This document shows, piece after piece, positions 1-14,300 of a stretch of 64,000 bases of DNA. Position numbers and translations under genes: made by a program. The stretch is from positions 242,291-306,290 of the forward strand of contig NMRA01000018.1 in assembly GCA_002633005.1 (NCBI GenBank), written 5' to 3'. The notes beneath the pieces were generated by a model. It was not told where the DNA came from. It was given only the letters and a program-made list of their open reading frames with translations, and did no database searches. Position 1 is the first letter of the stretch; every line of letters begins with the position of its first letter. This stretch comes from Phoronis australis. Taxonomy: Eukaryota; Animalia; Phoronida.

Positions 1-657
1 TTATGCACCGTGCAGCGCCATCTTCTAGAACAATTGGGTCGTGTTTTAACATAGAACCATTTGTCTTTGTTTTTAGGAAAACAGGATTCTACTGAAAGTG
101 TAACACAGCTTGGGTCCATAGAGGTTATGCTCGGTAATAATCACTTTGTAATATAAACTCGATTTTTTAAGTTTAGAGAAGATACAATCGCTACTCTTTA
201 GGTTCATAATTTGTCGGCTCAGCCACATTCCGCTCTTTACAGAGCACAGAATTTACTTTACAAAAATTACATAAAAACAAAAAGAAAGCCTTTGAACGAG
301 CAAACCACGCCCTTGATAAAAGCGTCAAAAGAAAATAACACATACGGTTTTAGAGAATGATGAAATCTGAGGAAAAAGTCAAAATGTGAAAATTTATCTA
401 ATGAAGAATGGTTTGATGCATTCGAAAGTGTTTACTCGGATACTGTGAAATTTAACATCTAAGGAGAAATTCATCAATTTCATATCAAGAACTTTGTAAT
501 CATTACGATTTAAATAATTTGTCGGAAGATACTGAATATGTATTAGACAATTTAATTCGAAATATGAGATGAATGTGATGGGGTACCATTGGTGTATTTT
601 GAATATTGTACACCGCTTTTATTCATAGTTTGTCACTCCTGTAGGAGTCGGAGGTGA

Positions 658-706
658 TGTGTGTGTGTGTGTGTGCGTGCGTGCGTGTGTGTGTGTGTGT
701 CTGTGT
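658..706. repeat. (GT)n/(GCGT)n microsatellite
   Basis: Direct inspection. Confidence 0.95.
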
Positions 707-1580
707 ATATATAACTTAGCGGAACGAAAGAAATTAGGGGCAAACGGTCATGCTCGTAATTATAGCGGGTGCATCAGGTGCTAAGGCAACCCACACTGAC
801 AGGCCTGGTTTGTTTCTTATTAATTTGGAATGATCGGTTATGACTGACATCTGGTGCACCGGGGAAGATCTTACGACGGTGTCATGGGCGGCTATAGGGG
901 AAAATAGGGGAAGCCCGGGCAAAGACAACGACCCATTTCGTTGCGAAATAGCCAGCATAATAGACTTCAAAGTTGCCCATACGTGTATTTAGATGCCATT
1001 TCTTTGACAACTGTTGGGGTCAGTGACTAATGGAATTGCTTATTACATGAAAAGTCAACACTAGCGCGTTGTAATATTGGGCGTCAATAGCGATGCCAAG
1101 CGACCGCTTCTGCTTTTGATATCTTCTCCTGCTACCCTCTCTCGCAAATTGTCCCTTTGCCTGAATATTTCTTAATGGACTCACGAAATGTTGATTTCCA
1201 TGGGATATTGTGTCGCAGTTCTAGGTGAAGCGGCTTGTGGACTAGACGGTCTCGCCACCTGGTGACTGTAAAAAGCATAGAAACGCAGTCTCCGTCCGTA
1301 ATTAAAATGTACTCCGTACTGGCGGTTGACCACTGACGCGACTGTCATGCGTGCAATCAAAGATAAGGAAATGATGTTAGAACGGAGTTCACGAAATTTT
1401 TATAAACTGCTATTGTTTTCAGCTGACGAAATTCGGTGTGTCCTGAAGCAAGGAGAATCATCTATAGGCCTACTGCCGCTATTGAAGAGCTACATCGTTT
1501 GTTTTAGACCGCTAATGTGAGGATCGTTAACCTCTGCCAACGCCTCTTGCCCCCGATTGCTGTGTTCATGCTCTGAAAGT

Positions 1581-1629
1581 TAGTTGATTGATTTTTTGGA
1601 TGGTTGGTTGGATGGTTGGTTGGTTGGTT
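1581..1629. repeat. (TTGG)/(TTGA) tetranucleotide repeat
   Basis: Imperfect array seen directly. Confidence 0.8.
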
Positions 1630-2263
1630 TACCTTGGTAACAGCCTTTCACTCAAACATGTTATGGTGAAAGTCTGAAAAGAACAAATTTGAGTTCTCGT
1701 ACGTCTTTCCTGTGATCAACAAGAAGGAAGAATTTTAGATTGTAAAAGGGCATCTCGTCAGATATTGTTCCGGAAACTTGAAACGCTTTATGTATCGTAT
1801 CTTGTCAGATTTTCAACTCACCACCATTCAACGATTACCCTAGTCACCGAAAGAAAGGCAAGCTGTTTGAAAAAGTAATGAGTTATTCTTTGAACGTGAT
1901 CATAAAAAAACAGTAAATTTAACCATCGCCGTGTTTTGAAATAATAGCAGTTGAAGTAAACAAAGATTTAATGCAAATCATTGTTTTCGACGGAAATTGA
2001 ACTGGCGAAGCAATTACCTCCGGGCGTAAGTTTCTCGGTATTGACATATTCGCTTTCACTCAGACCGAACACCAGATAATAGTCAAAAGGGTGCGCCTCT
2101 TTCTCACTGCCTTTTCCTGGAGCGTTTTTATACAGACACGTGACCATTCCCAGTATCTTTGTAGCAGGTCATTTTCAAAGTGGGAAAAAATTAACAACAG
2201 ACAACGCGCGCTCTATTAATCACACCAGACGAGAGCTTGGTCATAGTCTGCGCGTCACTCAGC

Positions 2264-2348
2264 ATGGCTCCAGGAAATGAAGTCGACTTTAATGGAAAAT
2301 GGAAACTTTGCGACAGTGAAAACTTCGAAGGATTTTTAGAAAAAATGG
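2264..2348 (+). CDS. iLBP coding exon 1 (85 nt)
   Basis: ATG at 2264; MAPGNEVDFNGKWKLCDSENFEGFLEKM(G); donor G|gtaagt. Confidence 0.93.
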
Positions 2349-5300
2349 GTAAGTGTAGTTAGTTCCAGTATCTTTCGGGGGGTTGGTATCTAAGCCGAGA
2401 GATATCGATGTTTCCAACTGGTTTCGAACCTCAGACGCTGCCTCTGGCACTATCACTTATTATGGGTAACATTTTGCGAACACCAACACTGGCTTTCTTT
2501 TCAACTTAGCTAACGTGACCTTATTGCCCTGAGAAAATTAGAACACAACACCTCTCGTACTACTAGAAGAGAGTGTGTGAATTTCAAATGATGTTCGTCG
2601 GTGAAAAAGTCCACTGGCTATAAATTTGTGAATTCTTTTATGAGCAACTGAAATGTTATTAATCTTTCCATTGTTATGATAATAACGGATCCCTTGGGAC
2701 TTGCTGTTATGCTTTGGGAATAAACATAAAGTGATATATGCGTGCGTGTCACAATTTGCGCTTTAGAAACAAGATATAAATTCTTGGTTGAATTTTCAAT
2801 CGTTTTAACATCATTTGGCCAACGATGGATGGTTGTCAAATTGTTTTATAGATTGCTTTCGACTATGTTAGGAAACAGAAAGAAAGTCCCATTTTTGAGT
2901 TTGAGACTCCGAGGTCACCGATCACTAAGTAAAATCAACAAATCTATGTAGAGAGACACTAGAACACGTTGCAGTGTCAATTTGTGAGAGCACTTTGTTG
3001 AACTGCTTCAAATATTTGATAAGCTCGAACAAGTAGGGAATTGATAACCCAGCAATAGGAAACAACTGACACTGCAAACAAAAACACGATAAAACTTGGA
3101 AGTTATTGTAGCGACTCGGGCGTATACAATGAAAATGCGATGTCTCTCCTTACACTTCAACGTGTATAACAAGTTTCATTCGTTCATACTTTTATTTAAC
3201 AGCGGTCGTCTTCAGGTCTTCAGTATTTTCGGTGAAATCCAAGTATAATAGGCACCATTCAATTAGCATTTTAAAATTTTCTTTATCCGACATTCTCGAC
3301 ACATTGTACTAGATCACAACCAAAGATATCTTTTTAAGATTGACATGTCTTGTCATCGCACTGATAAGTCTTCTACTATAAGTCAGCGATCACGTGATGT
3401 CTGTACTAAGTCTCCCACAGGCTGGTATGTGGGTGGCCGCCGCGGGGGCCTGCCACCTCAGTCCTGAATCGTCTGCCATGGTAAAGTGGTACACCATACA
3501 TACATAAACACCAACGAGTGGCACTACGGTTACATCCCAACTGCAGGGATACATTCCGTAGGCGCCTGACACTGGCGAGCAACATGCTTCGCTTATACAT
3601 GGCGCTACTTCGCGAAAACTTTTGTGATCTTGAGTTTTCGCGTATACTGTGTATCACGTCAACGGAACGCTGTCCCGATAATGTACAAAATGTGCATCCC
3701 TTTTAGAAAAATGTAGTTCTCTAGAAAAATAAACACGAAAACCAAGCCGGATTAAATTGCTACTAATTTCAACTCGGTTACGACGGTTTGGAACGTGGGC
3801 ACGGTATTTTTCTAATTATTAAGAATTAAGATTTTTTATATTTCTGGAACAACATAAATGAGGCTTTACCTTGAATCGCAAAAATCCGCTCCGTGGTCTA
3901 CATAAAACACAATCTAACTGTTTCCAGTAGCCTGTTACTTTTAGACTTTATTTATGACTTCAAGTTCAGACAGCATTGAAAATAATCTGCCTCATTTACG
4001 TCGTTTTAAGTCATTAAAAGTGTTTTATGTTTTCCTCTATTGAAAAGAACTTTCCCAAAGAACGCTTTTATAGACGGGTAAGTTTTTAAGCTGATTCTAT
4101 AAATAAACCATGCATTTTAAATTCATAAAAATACAAAACTAGTTTGTTTATCGGAAGTTATTATAATGAACAACTATAGATTTCAACACGAGGGGTGTCC
4201 TTTTGGCTAAACCATCTAATTAGAAAGTCCATTTAACAATTATTGTTCCGGTCTGGCTAAACCGCTGAAATGGGGTTCAAAGGACATTATTGGTTTTACA
4301 GCCGCAAACAAAGCATTTTTTGGGATTACTGTTGGATGGGAAAGACTTCTTGAAGTTATAAGCGTTGACCAGAACTCTAAAAGAACAAATTGTATTGTGT
4401 TTTTGTGATTTTATTACAAATCGCTAATTTTCGCCATTGTCTGACAGACATTTGCTGAAATCAGGGCGGTGATGGACCAGTTAAATACCGTAAACTCGCA
4501 GGTTATCACCCATGCCCGGGTAATCGCCCATCCCCGACTATTTGTCAATTTTCGATTTAAGCGTCCACTGCTTGTAATCGCCCATCCCCTACTTTGTGCA
4601 AATTTCCACATAAGCGCCCACCTCTCGGGTAATCGCCCATCCCAAATTTTCGGTTTAAGCGCCCGCTGCTTGGGTAATCGTTAAACGCCCTGTTTCAGGT
4701 TATCCCAATTTAAGCGCCCAGGGCGTTAACTCGCGAGTTTACGATGCGCTTAAAATATTTTGCCTTTTAACTCGTGGGATTTACCTCCGCCAGCATGGCA
4801 TTTGACTGCTGGGTTACGGCGCTGAGGCTGATCTCAGAAAATTATTTTTTTCTTGCCGATAATGTCCCTTTAAACTTATAAATCCAACTGACGATTCTTT
4901 GAGTGTACCAAATGACGTTTTGTTATGTTGACAGCAGCGAAACATGAGAGAGGATTCAGCTGGCCTAGCCCCCTCCCACTACTTGGTTCTTGAAGTCATT
5001 CCCACTACCACCTGTCCACAGCCTCAGGGCGGGGGCAGGGATTATCTTTTATGCGGTTCTCGCGGATCTTCCGCGGTTTTAAAATGTCTTCATTTAAAAT
5101 CATATTTGCAAGATCTTTTACTAGTTTCGTTTCTCCCGTTTTTGTTTCGTCTTTGTTAGTACGCCGAGTTACGTTGTGGAGACCGTTCCTTGGTAGGCGA
5201 GTTCGTCAATTTTAGGTGACCTTAGTCATTATACGGCAAAACGAGTGAAATCTATTTCTCTGTATACCAGGAATAAATTACACACAGTCCCGTTCAGAGG

Positions 5301-8300
5301 ATAATTAGCCAGTTAGTGTCATTTAGAAATAGCCGAGGGCGCAGTCGCCGCGGTGAGTGAGAGAAATATTGTACAGTAACTAAAGGTTGTAGAGGTCGAC
5401 TGATTTCGCCGGTTCCACCTAATCAATCGGATAAGATATCTGATTTGTTTAAAAACCGGAAGTCCTCACGGAGAACTCATCACTAATGTCTTAGCCGGTT
5501 GACTCGGTGGAACCGGCGACGTCAATCAAATCTTCCCATTTGTGAATTATTAGAAGAATTAAACACTTTTAGACCGTTAACAGATATTTTTATAGCTATA
5601 TCACTTAAACTTTGAAACAAAATAATTCCTTTTGTATACTGTAGTCAACCCTCAAACGTTTGAAACAAGTCTGAAAATTCCTTGCAATGTCTGCTAAATC
5701 TATAAGCGTGACTAAGACGTTGAGCAAACTGAAGTTTATCGGCGGCTGATATAAGCCAGTTCAGCAGACTCATGGCTTTTGTATAAAAAAACGATGATGA
5801 ACCATAAAGTCTTCGTCGAACAGATTTCTGTCATATTGGACGTATTGGACTATCCAGAGAGCAATTCTTAAGCAATAGGAGAAAATGCGATTTAGACGCT
5901 AACACACTCATAAAATGACACGTGAACCAACATTTCGTCCCATATTGCGTCAGCAAAGAAAGATCTCCCGAGAGTTTTGAATACTCGCCTGTGCCTGCAG
6001 TAGATGAGTATTTAGTTGCCAACGGGACTAGAACACCACTGCTGTGTGGCTGGTGTTCTTAACTGTTAGAATTAACATAGGATTACCGTGTTGGTGTACA
6101 ACGAAAGTCGTGCAATAACCCCGCTCATTACAATTATCAAATTTTGAATTCATCGTGAAGAGTGATACTTCTAACATACTGACGTAGGAACTAAGTGTTA
6201 CCTGAACAAGCATCTGGTTAGAGTTTGGGCACTTGGGACATACGTTCATTGACGCGTGGAGGAGGGGGGGGGTGATTGTGGTCTCCCTCACGACATCTTA
6301 GATCTGCCAATGTGAAAAGCGCTCGAAAGGACGAGAGGTGATGTATCTTTTAATTATTGTTGTCAATAGCAGCGTGATGTGAAAACCATAATTGCACACT
6401 TCCACAGAAAATAGTTTCCTCTCCTCTAGTGAGCTGTTAAACATTTCCGTCTACTGTCGTGAGTCTAGTGATACCATTGCAATTAATTAATTGTTTCATT
6501 TAATTCAGTCTGAAAATCACACTAAAGAGTACAGAGTGAAAAATAAACGCCAGGGCCATTTGGCATAAATTAAAGTTAATGCCCAATAACTCGTATCACG
6601 CTGGGTGTATAACCGTTAAACAACACATTTGACGCCATGCAGCTACTATATTGTGTCCAGTCCATGACTTCTTCATGTCAAACTCCTCAGGGCACTGTTT
6701 TGTTAAAGCTGCACATAAAAACACTAACATAGGTATACCACGCTCCAGCCTCCAGTTCAGTAACACTAGGACCTCGCTAAAAAGCAAGACTTCGCGAGAT
6801 TACGTGAGATATTGCTGTGTATTTCAAATGACTTTGGCTAGGTTTTAGCTAGGTATAGCGTAGGCTCTAGCGTTACTGAACGCACGCCAGGTTAGGCAAT
6901 TAAGTACTATTGATATCATATCATACAAAGATTTAAAGACTGAATTTAAGTCAGTTTTTATGAAATATGTGACGGTCCTCCCTTAAAATTCAACCCGGAG
7001 CCTGGATCCTGACCCTGAGTTAGTCATATGACGCTATCCCAGCTTTTTCTGCCGCTGTAAATATTGCAACACCAATCCAGACGAAGAGCTCTGGTTAGCC
7101 AAAACATAAACACAATACACAATATCTTCTTTGATTTTTGGTAAGGCACCTCTATTGCCAGTTAAAACAAATATTTTCTTTCCATGTCAATAGAAAAGCT
7201 ATTCAGCCTTTGCGTGAAAAGTGAAATGTATGAACTGAAAACGACGAAAAACATCGAAAAATGTCAGCATGTAATTATGAATTTAAAAATTGCAAAACGC
7301 AGGTCGAGTTATAACGTAAAAAACTGATACAGATAACATACAGAGTGTTTCAAAGTATGATTCCGACTGAAAATGCAACATATTAGGACCATTAGCATGT
7401 CAATAGGCTCGTTCAAAAATTGAACAGCGCCACTAACATTCCAAGGTATTTTCCCAGGATGCAATACATGTGTCATGCACTTGTCCAGTCAAAATTGTGA
7501 ATTGCAGTACTGACACCAAGAAATAGGCAAAAGGCAAATATCTGTGCTAAGTCCCTTATTAATCAGTTAGGGGTGCCTGAAAAGGAAGTAGTCGTGCATT
7601 GCATTTTTCTACCTCGCGACACAGGAGAGTTCAATCCAGGTTGGGCCTATTCACAGGGTCACCTAACACTAAAATGTAAAGCAATAGCACCCTTTTAGAT
7701 AAAGCGCCCACTTTCGCCTTCTGGGAACGCCCTGTTGGTCATTCCTTGAATACAACCACATCGTCACAACTAGTATTACTGTAACGAATGGACAGATGGG
7801 TCGATGTTGAAACAGACGTCTATCAATCGTAATTCCGTCTGATTAATCTGAATCGACAGTCTTGAGACGTTCACAATGCCCCTTGCGATTGTTAACATTA
7901 ACTAATCGTGATCGCGAGTACGGAGAGGAACTGGTATTTGTAAAGCGCACTTTCCTGTTTCGACATTGTAAACTGAATGCATTCTCTTGAATGGTTCAAA
8001 ATCGTCGCACTTGGTCACAAGAAGGTTTTTCGTACTCAGCTTCGTTTCAGTAAATAATTACTATCCATGTACTAAAAGTATTGATTTAATGAGGAAAAGC
8101 AGTCATTAACGTAAAGACTTTAAAAGTAGAATAATTTAGTTACAATTAGCGCTGTGTTTGCGTCACTAATGTAGTGTTATTGCACATACCGGGGTATATG
8201 TGGTTTTTAGTCATATATACTTTTGTTGTTGTAGGAAAATTTTCTTAAAGAGGCTTGGAACGCAAAAGCTCGTCCAAAATTTCTTTTAAATAATTTCTGA

Positions 8301-11300
8301 CGAAAGTGCCATCTCGCAACTTCTAGTACAGAGAAATTCATTTTCCCCTGTGAGGAAATTTTTAGAAAAAAATCACAGAATTCATGATTTTTGAAGTTCA
8401 CGCGAAGGAGGAACTCTGTGGTTACTACAGAGTTTCAAATCTCCCTCACACTTATGATAAATGCGCGCATGCACTTACATTTGCTTGAAGTCGCTTGAGG
8501 TCAAAGGTCACATTTTCCATGTAAGGGAAATGCGCTACGTCTATGTCTTGCCATATCAAATCAGGAGACGTGGTTTGCCTTGTGGGAGAAAATTGATGAA
8601 GTGACGAGCAGTTCACAGATCGCTTAGTTGAAATTTGAAGCTGAAAGAAAATGCTTTGATATCAACACAAATTAAAGATGTTTACGAATTAACCCTGAAC
8701 ATTTGTGGTGAGCAGGTTGAATTCTGTTTCAGTGGCACAGAACCACTTTCAATGTTGCAATTCAGTCTGTTTATCGCGTTCCAGGCCTCTTTAAAGCCAA
8801 AAATATTTTATATGAATTTTAACTCGTTACAAATCATCTCTTTCCAATCTCAGTTTGCTGCTATAGCGATCATGAAAAATCATAAAGAGTTATGGCACGG
8901 ATTATCATGCTTGTGTGGTGGTCGACAGTGGTCATGTTAAAGCCCATTTCGCACGAGTCAATACAAAATAAGCTGGATATATTTCCGTTTACTGCGATTC
9001 CATGGGGCTAATTCATCTGACTTTCCATGAGAGAAGCCAAGCTACAGGGTTCTTATCGACAAAGTTTGAAGGCATCGAACCACCTTACCAATCGTAATCG
9101 TGGCCATGTTGATGGCGGATTGTCACTGGGCGGCCGCATCCAGAAAAAAAAAACGGACGTACGAGTATTTGAAAAATAATTTAGGTATCAGCAATTGAGG
9201 AATTAAAATACGGCTTACACAAAGAATCTTGACTTGACTAAAATCGCGTAGAAGCTTCGCAAGTTCCTTCGGTACTCGAGATAACACAAAAACACTAAAA
9301 CTGTTTTGTAGATTTAATTGTGGCGGTAAAANGTGTGGTGGTCGACAGTGGTCATGTTAAAGCCCATTTCGCACGAGTCAATACAAAATAAGCTGGATAT
9401 ATTTCCGTTTACTGCGATTCCATGGGGCTAATTCATCTGACTTTCCATGAGAGAAGCCAAGCTACAGGGTTCTTATCGACAAAGTTTGAAGGCATGGAAC
9501 CATCTTACCAATCGTAATCGTGGCCATGTTGATGGCGGATTGTCACTGGGCGGCCGCATCCAGAAAAAAAAAAACGGACGTACGAGTATTTGAAAAATAA
9601 TTTAGGTATCAGCAACTGAGGAATTAAAATACGGCTTACACAAAGAATCTTGACTTGACTAAAATCGCGTAGAAGCTTCGCAAGTTCCTTCGGTACTCGA
9701 GATAACACAAAAACACTAAAACTGTTTTGTAGATTTAATTGTGGCGGTAAAATGCATTTCAGCACGGCACACTTGAGCGTTTTATCTATAGTGCTTTCGT
9801 CTGGTTTTCTAGGCATATGTAAACACACTTATCAATAGTTTGTGATCGGGAGCCAGCCAGCTTCCTGATTTACGACATGTCTTGGCCTTGGGCCATATTT
9901 CTCGTCACCACGTGCTCATATTTTTGTCTAAACGTTAGAATGTCCATTACCTCAGACAACCTATTAGAGACTGATTGCTGAAGACATGTGTTAAATACAT
10001 TAACATAAAATGCGCTAATGATGAAATATGAATCGTTCATTCAGAAGTATCAACCTTCTCGTTTTCCAAATTCGTCTGTGTTGTCATCAATCACGATCGG
10101 ATGTGTTAAAATTCATGTAGTCTGCAAGGGCGGCGCAGCACTGAAATAAGTGTGAGCTGTACCACCCCCTGCCCCCTGTGGTGCGCCGGCCATGACAGTC
10201 TGAACAGGCTGACCCTATGCGCAAGCTCTAAACTACGCAACCGCACACCTTTTAAGCAAAAACTTGAATTATCAAGTTGGCTAACGATCTGGCTCGGGAC
10301 AAAACCACAACAGCTGGGATTGTTTTCAAACGAAATCACATTTTTTCTCAAGCACAGTCATTTTGACTGTGTCTAATATTGATCTTAAGACTAGCATAAG
10401 GCGTCAAAACGGTTAAGAAACACGCTTCGAAGCTGCTGATTCGACAAGCGGATGGACAAAGAAAGGAGAGGAAACCTACTTCCCTTGCGCCCACCATCGA
10501 AAATAATAAAAAGACATTGTATTCTGTTATCATAAATTATCATTAAAGCCAGTTACCAGCAAATTATGGACTACTGCTATTGTATTTGTCCATTGAGTTT
10601 GAAATTTTAGCCTCTCTTGTGATATCGCACAGCCACTTCCCAGTAAACATGACAGTATTGGCCCAGTACTGGATTTCTGTTGCTTGATAACGCTTGTACC
10701 GTATACCGGTTTACGTTTCTGGGCCACGAATGGCCCAGTACCGTCCCCACGACACAAACCCAGTGAACTTTCCCTTAGCGGCTCGCCGGTATTGGACCGG
10801 TAAACACAGACTTGAACACAAGAGGGCAGTTANNNNNNNNNNNNNNNNNNNNNNNNNNNNNNNNNNNNNNNNNNNNNNNNNNNNNNNNNNNNNNNNNNNN
10901 NNNNNNNNNNNNNNNNNNNNNNNNNNNNNNNNNNNNNNNNNNNNNNNNNNNNNNNNNNNNNNNNNNNNNNNNNNNNNNNNNNNNNNNNNNNNNNNNNNNN
11001 NNNNNNNNNNNNNNNNNNNNNNNNNNNNNNNNNNNNNNNNNNNNNNNNNNNNNNNNNNNNNNNNNNNNNNNNNNNNNNNNNNNNNNNNNNNNNNNNNNNN
11101 NNNNNNNNNNNNNNNNNNNNNNNNNNNNNNNNNNNNNNNNNNNNNNNNNNNNNNNNNNNNNNNNNNNNNNNNNNNNNNNNNNNNNNNNNNNNNNNNNNNN
11201 NNNNNNNNNNNNNNNNNNNNNNNNNNNNNNNNNNNNNNNNNNNNNNNNNNNNNNNNNNNNNNNNNNNNNNNNNNNNNNNNNNNNNNNNNNNNNNNNNNNN

Positions 11301-14300
11301 NNNNNNNNNNNNNNNNNNNNNNNNNNNNNNNNNNNNNNNNNNNNNNNNNNNNNNNNNNNNNNNNNNNNNNNNNNNNNNNNNNNNNNNNNNNNNNNNNNNN
11401 NNNNNNNNNNNNNNNNNNNNNNNNNNNNNNNNNNNNNNNNNNNNNNNNNNNNNNNNNNNNNNNNNNNNNNNNNNNNNNNNNNNNNNNNNNNNNNNNNNNN
11501 NNNNNNNNNNNNNNNNNNNNNNNNNNNNNNNNNNNNNNNNNNNNNNNNNNNNNNNNNNNNNNNNNNNNNNNNNNNNNNNNNNNNNNNNNNNNNNNNNNNN
11601 NNNNNNNNNNNNNNNNNNNNNNNNGAAGTTTGATCATTTATTGGTGTTAAACGATGAATTCAAGCGATAAGCTGACACCAGTTACCCGTGTTGTGAACTG
11701 CTGAACAGACTGCGTGTGAAACCGATGACGTCAGTGGAAAATTTCATCACCTCCGTCTGCCGTCAGGTGTCAGGTAACGCAACCGTACGTGCCGCTATCG
11801 AGGAGAACTACTCGATCAAAATTGATACAAATTAGGTTGTTTTTTGGGTGGCATGCTCCTTTAAGACTAGCATAAGGCGTCAAAACGGTTAAGAAACACG
11901 CTTCGAAGCTGCTGATTCGACAAGCCGATGGACAAAGAAAGGAGAGGAAACCTACTTCCCTTGCGCCCACCATCGAAAATAATAAAAAGACATTGTATTC
12001 TGTTATCATAAATTATCATTAAAGCCAGTTACCAGCAAATTATGGACTACTGCCATTGTATTTGTCCATTGGGTTTGAAATTTTAGCCTCTCTTGTGATA
12101 TCGCACAGCCACTTATGATGTAGTGCTCGTCGTGATTCCAACTTTAAAATCAACAAAGTTCTATTGCAGCAGTGCTCCGGATTAATTTTCCAAGGTCTCT
12201 ATAGCTTAGCACCATAGATAGAAGACATCCCTACATTTCTGGACCGAAGACGAAACACGAGGGAAAAGATGGTGTTGAAACGTTCGTTAGACGTTCGGTT
12301 AGAGCTGGAAGCGTAACAATTAAGATGGCTTTACCGGTTCTTCAAAATTGGTTGTGCAACGATCAACCACAAAGGAGAGACTCTTTTGCCTTATTTGGTT
12401 TGAAGATCACATCACGTCACATTAAGTTTACTGCAATTTTATGTATAGGTATTATACACGTGTCAAGTCTGCTTTGCAACACTACGTTTTTAGACTTTCA
12501 TCAATGCTAAGGAAAGAATGGTGAATTGTACTGCACCGTCAAGCGTGGAAAGTACTTAGAAATTTGGGAGCAAGGGTGGATTGGAATCTTTTTGGAACAA
12601 ATAAAGCGTTCCTGTTGATAATGTTGATGTACGGTGGTGTGACCAATATCACACACTCGTACGCAGGTACGCTAATTTATTTGCCTCAAAGGGTGCGCTG
12701 GATTCCTACTCTCGCTGGTACCCGCGGCAGAAACCGATTCTACATCGCAGGTACCAGAGCTCATGTTGCAATGAAGAACAGAAACATGTAAAAATTGAAT
12801 ATCGCATTTTTGCCTTAGAATTGTCTTTAGATCTGTCACCATCGTTATTCGTCAGCTAACAAACTCTCAGAAACCCTGAAGAGCACTAAAACAGTGCCAG
12901 GTGCAAATCATCGTAATAAAATGTGTGTTATGCCCACCGCATTATTAAGAGATTATTTAGTCTAGGTCGACGTTACGCTAGACAGGTACGTTGTCTTCAC
13001 ACTCAGAGAGTACATTTTGCTCACGCGGAGGCGATCACCCTGTTGAACCTGACGCCTGACCTGCTGTAACACTTTGTAACGCCTCTGACACCGGACACCG
13101 TTTGGTGAACGCATCATAACTGTGGTATTGGGTCAGTCAAAGAAGCTGAGTATATTCCATGTCGCCACACGGGAAGAGTCAATCGTCAGTATTTCCAAAA
13201 ATATCTAGATCATTTCTTAAAGCGTAAGTTGCAAGGTCGTCAAAGAAGAACAATTCTGTTTGTCATAACTTGATATGATCGAGGTCCGAATTATAAAGAT
13301 CCCAGCTACTGACCAATTGGCGTGAACAAAGGGCATGAAACAATTTAAACATGACGTCATCAAAACGAAATTACTGTTCCAGTGTCTGCTAGTTAATACT
13401 AAGTGCTTACGTAACACTTGCCTGTGTAATCTTGCTCGAACACTAAAACCAAAGACAAATCAACAGGCATGTGAGATTTGACTCTCTCTACACGGCCTGC
13501 ACGTAAAGTAACCTCCTGGAGGTCGTGCAGCCGCTCTGCTGAGCAATTTGTGACGACGCCTAACCAGAGAGCTGTAATTAAATAGATCTCTGACACCTGG
13601 GCTGGCGCTCGACACAACTTTGCCGTTGAGTCCGGCGAAAAGATAGCCCGAGTTATCTTGGACTCTAGACGTACTCGGGCCGTGACATGGCCGACGCGGG
13701 CCACAGTATGAGGTGTTGGTCAAAGCCGGCGTGAAAAAAGTCAAGGGTTAGATCTCTTGAGAATATGTGACAATTAGAGAAAGATCCGAAGAATATTAGG
13801 GAAGCAATCTATCTAGAATAAGTATTTGGAATCGAAATCGAACGCTGGATTACCGTGCGACATGAGTTGGAACACTTTCAGAAATCTCGATAGCAGGAAG
13901 CCGGTGTGTTTGCATTCCTCACTCATCATCCAAAAATAGCTAGACATGCATGGTTGCTTTTGATTGATTTGAAGGAACTGTAAACCTAAATTTGTTTTAA
14001 AAGACTTGTAACAGTTCCAGTGTTTGACTAATTAACCGATTGAGTTCCTTGCCGAAAATTTCAAGTGACGGCCAGTCGGCATACAAAACTTTTCTTTGAT
14101 GGTAAATTCGCTTTAAAAATCCAATAACGTGAAAATGGTAACTGCCATAATGAAATGTATTGTTGAGGATGCGGGGTAACTACTGGCATAGTACAGTGTT
14201 TTGACATTTCAAACATGAGCCCGTTCCAAGAAAACTAACTTAGCTCAGAGAAATCTTAAATTTCAGTCAGTTTTAAGATAAAACTTTAAGAAATAGATCT

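Noticed and set aside
8913-9752. 420-bp tandem duplication as a biological feature
   Set aside because: The junction is a single N and the copies are nearly identical, typical of an unmerged contig overlap.
10694-11650. Long ORFs of 273-318 aa
   Set aside because: They are translations of the N gap.
10348-12009. Repeated ORF MITEYNVFLL... as a duplicated small gene
   Set aside because: It simply reflects the gap-flanking duplicated sequence; no coding signature.
13399-13744. Overlapping ~100-aa minus-strand ORFs as a nested gene in the iLBP intron
   Set aside because: No recognisable motif and no partner exons found.
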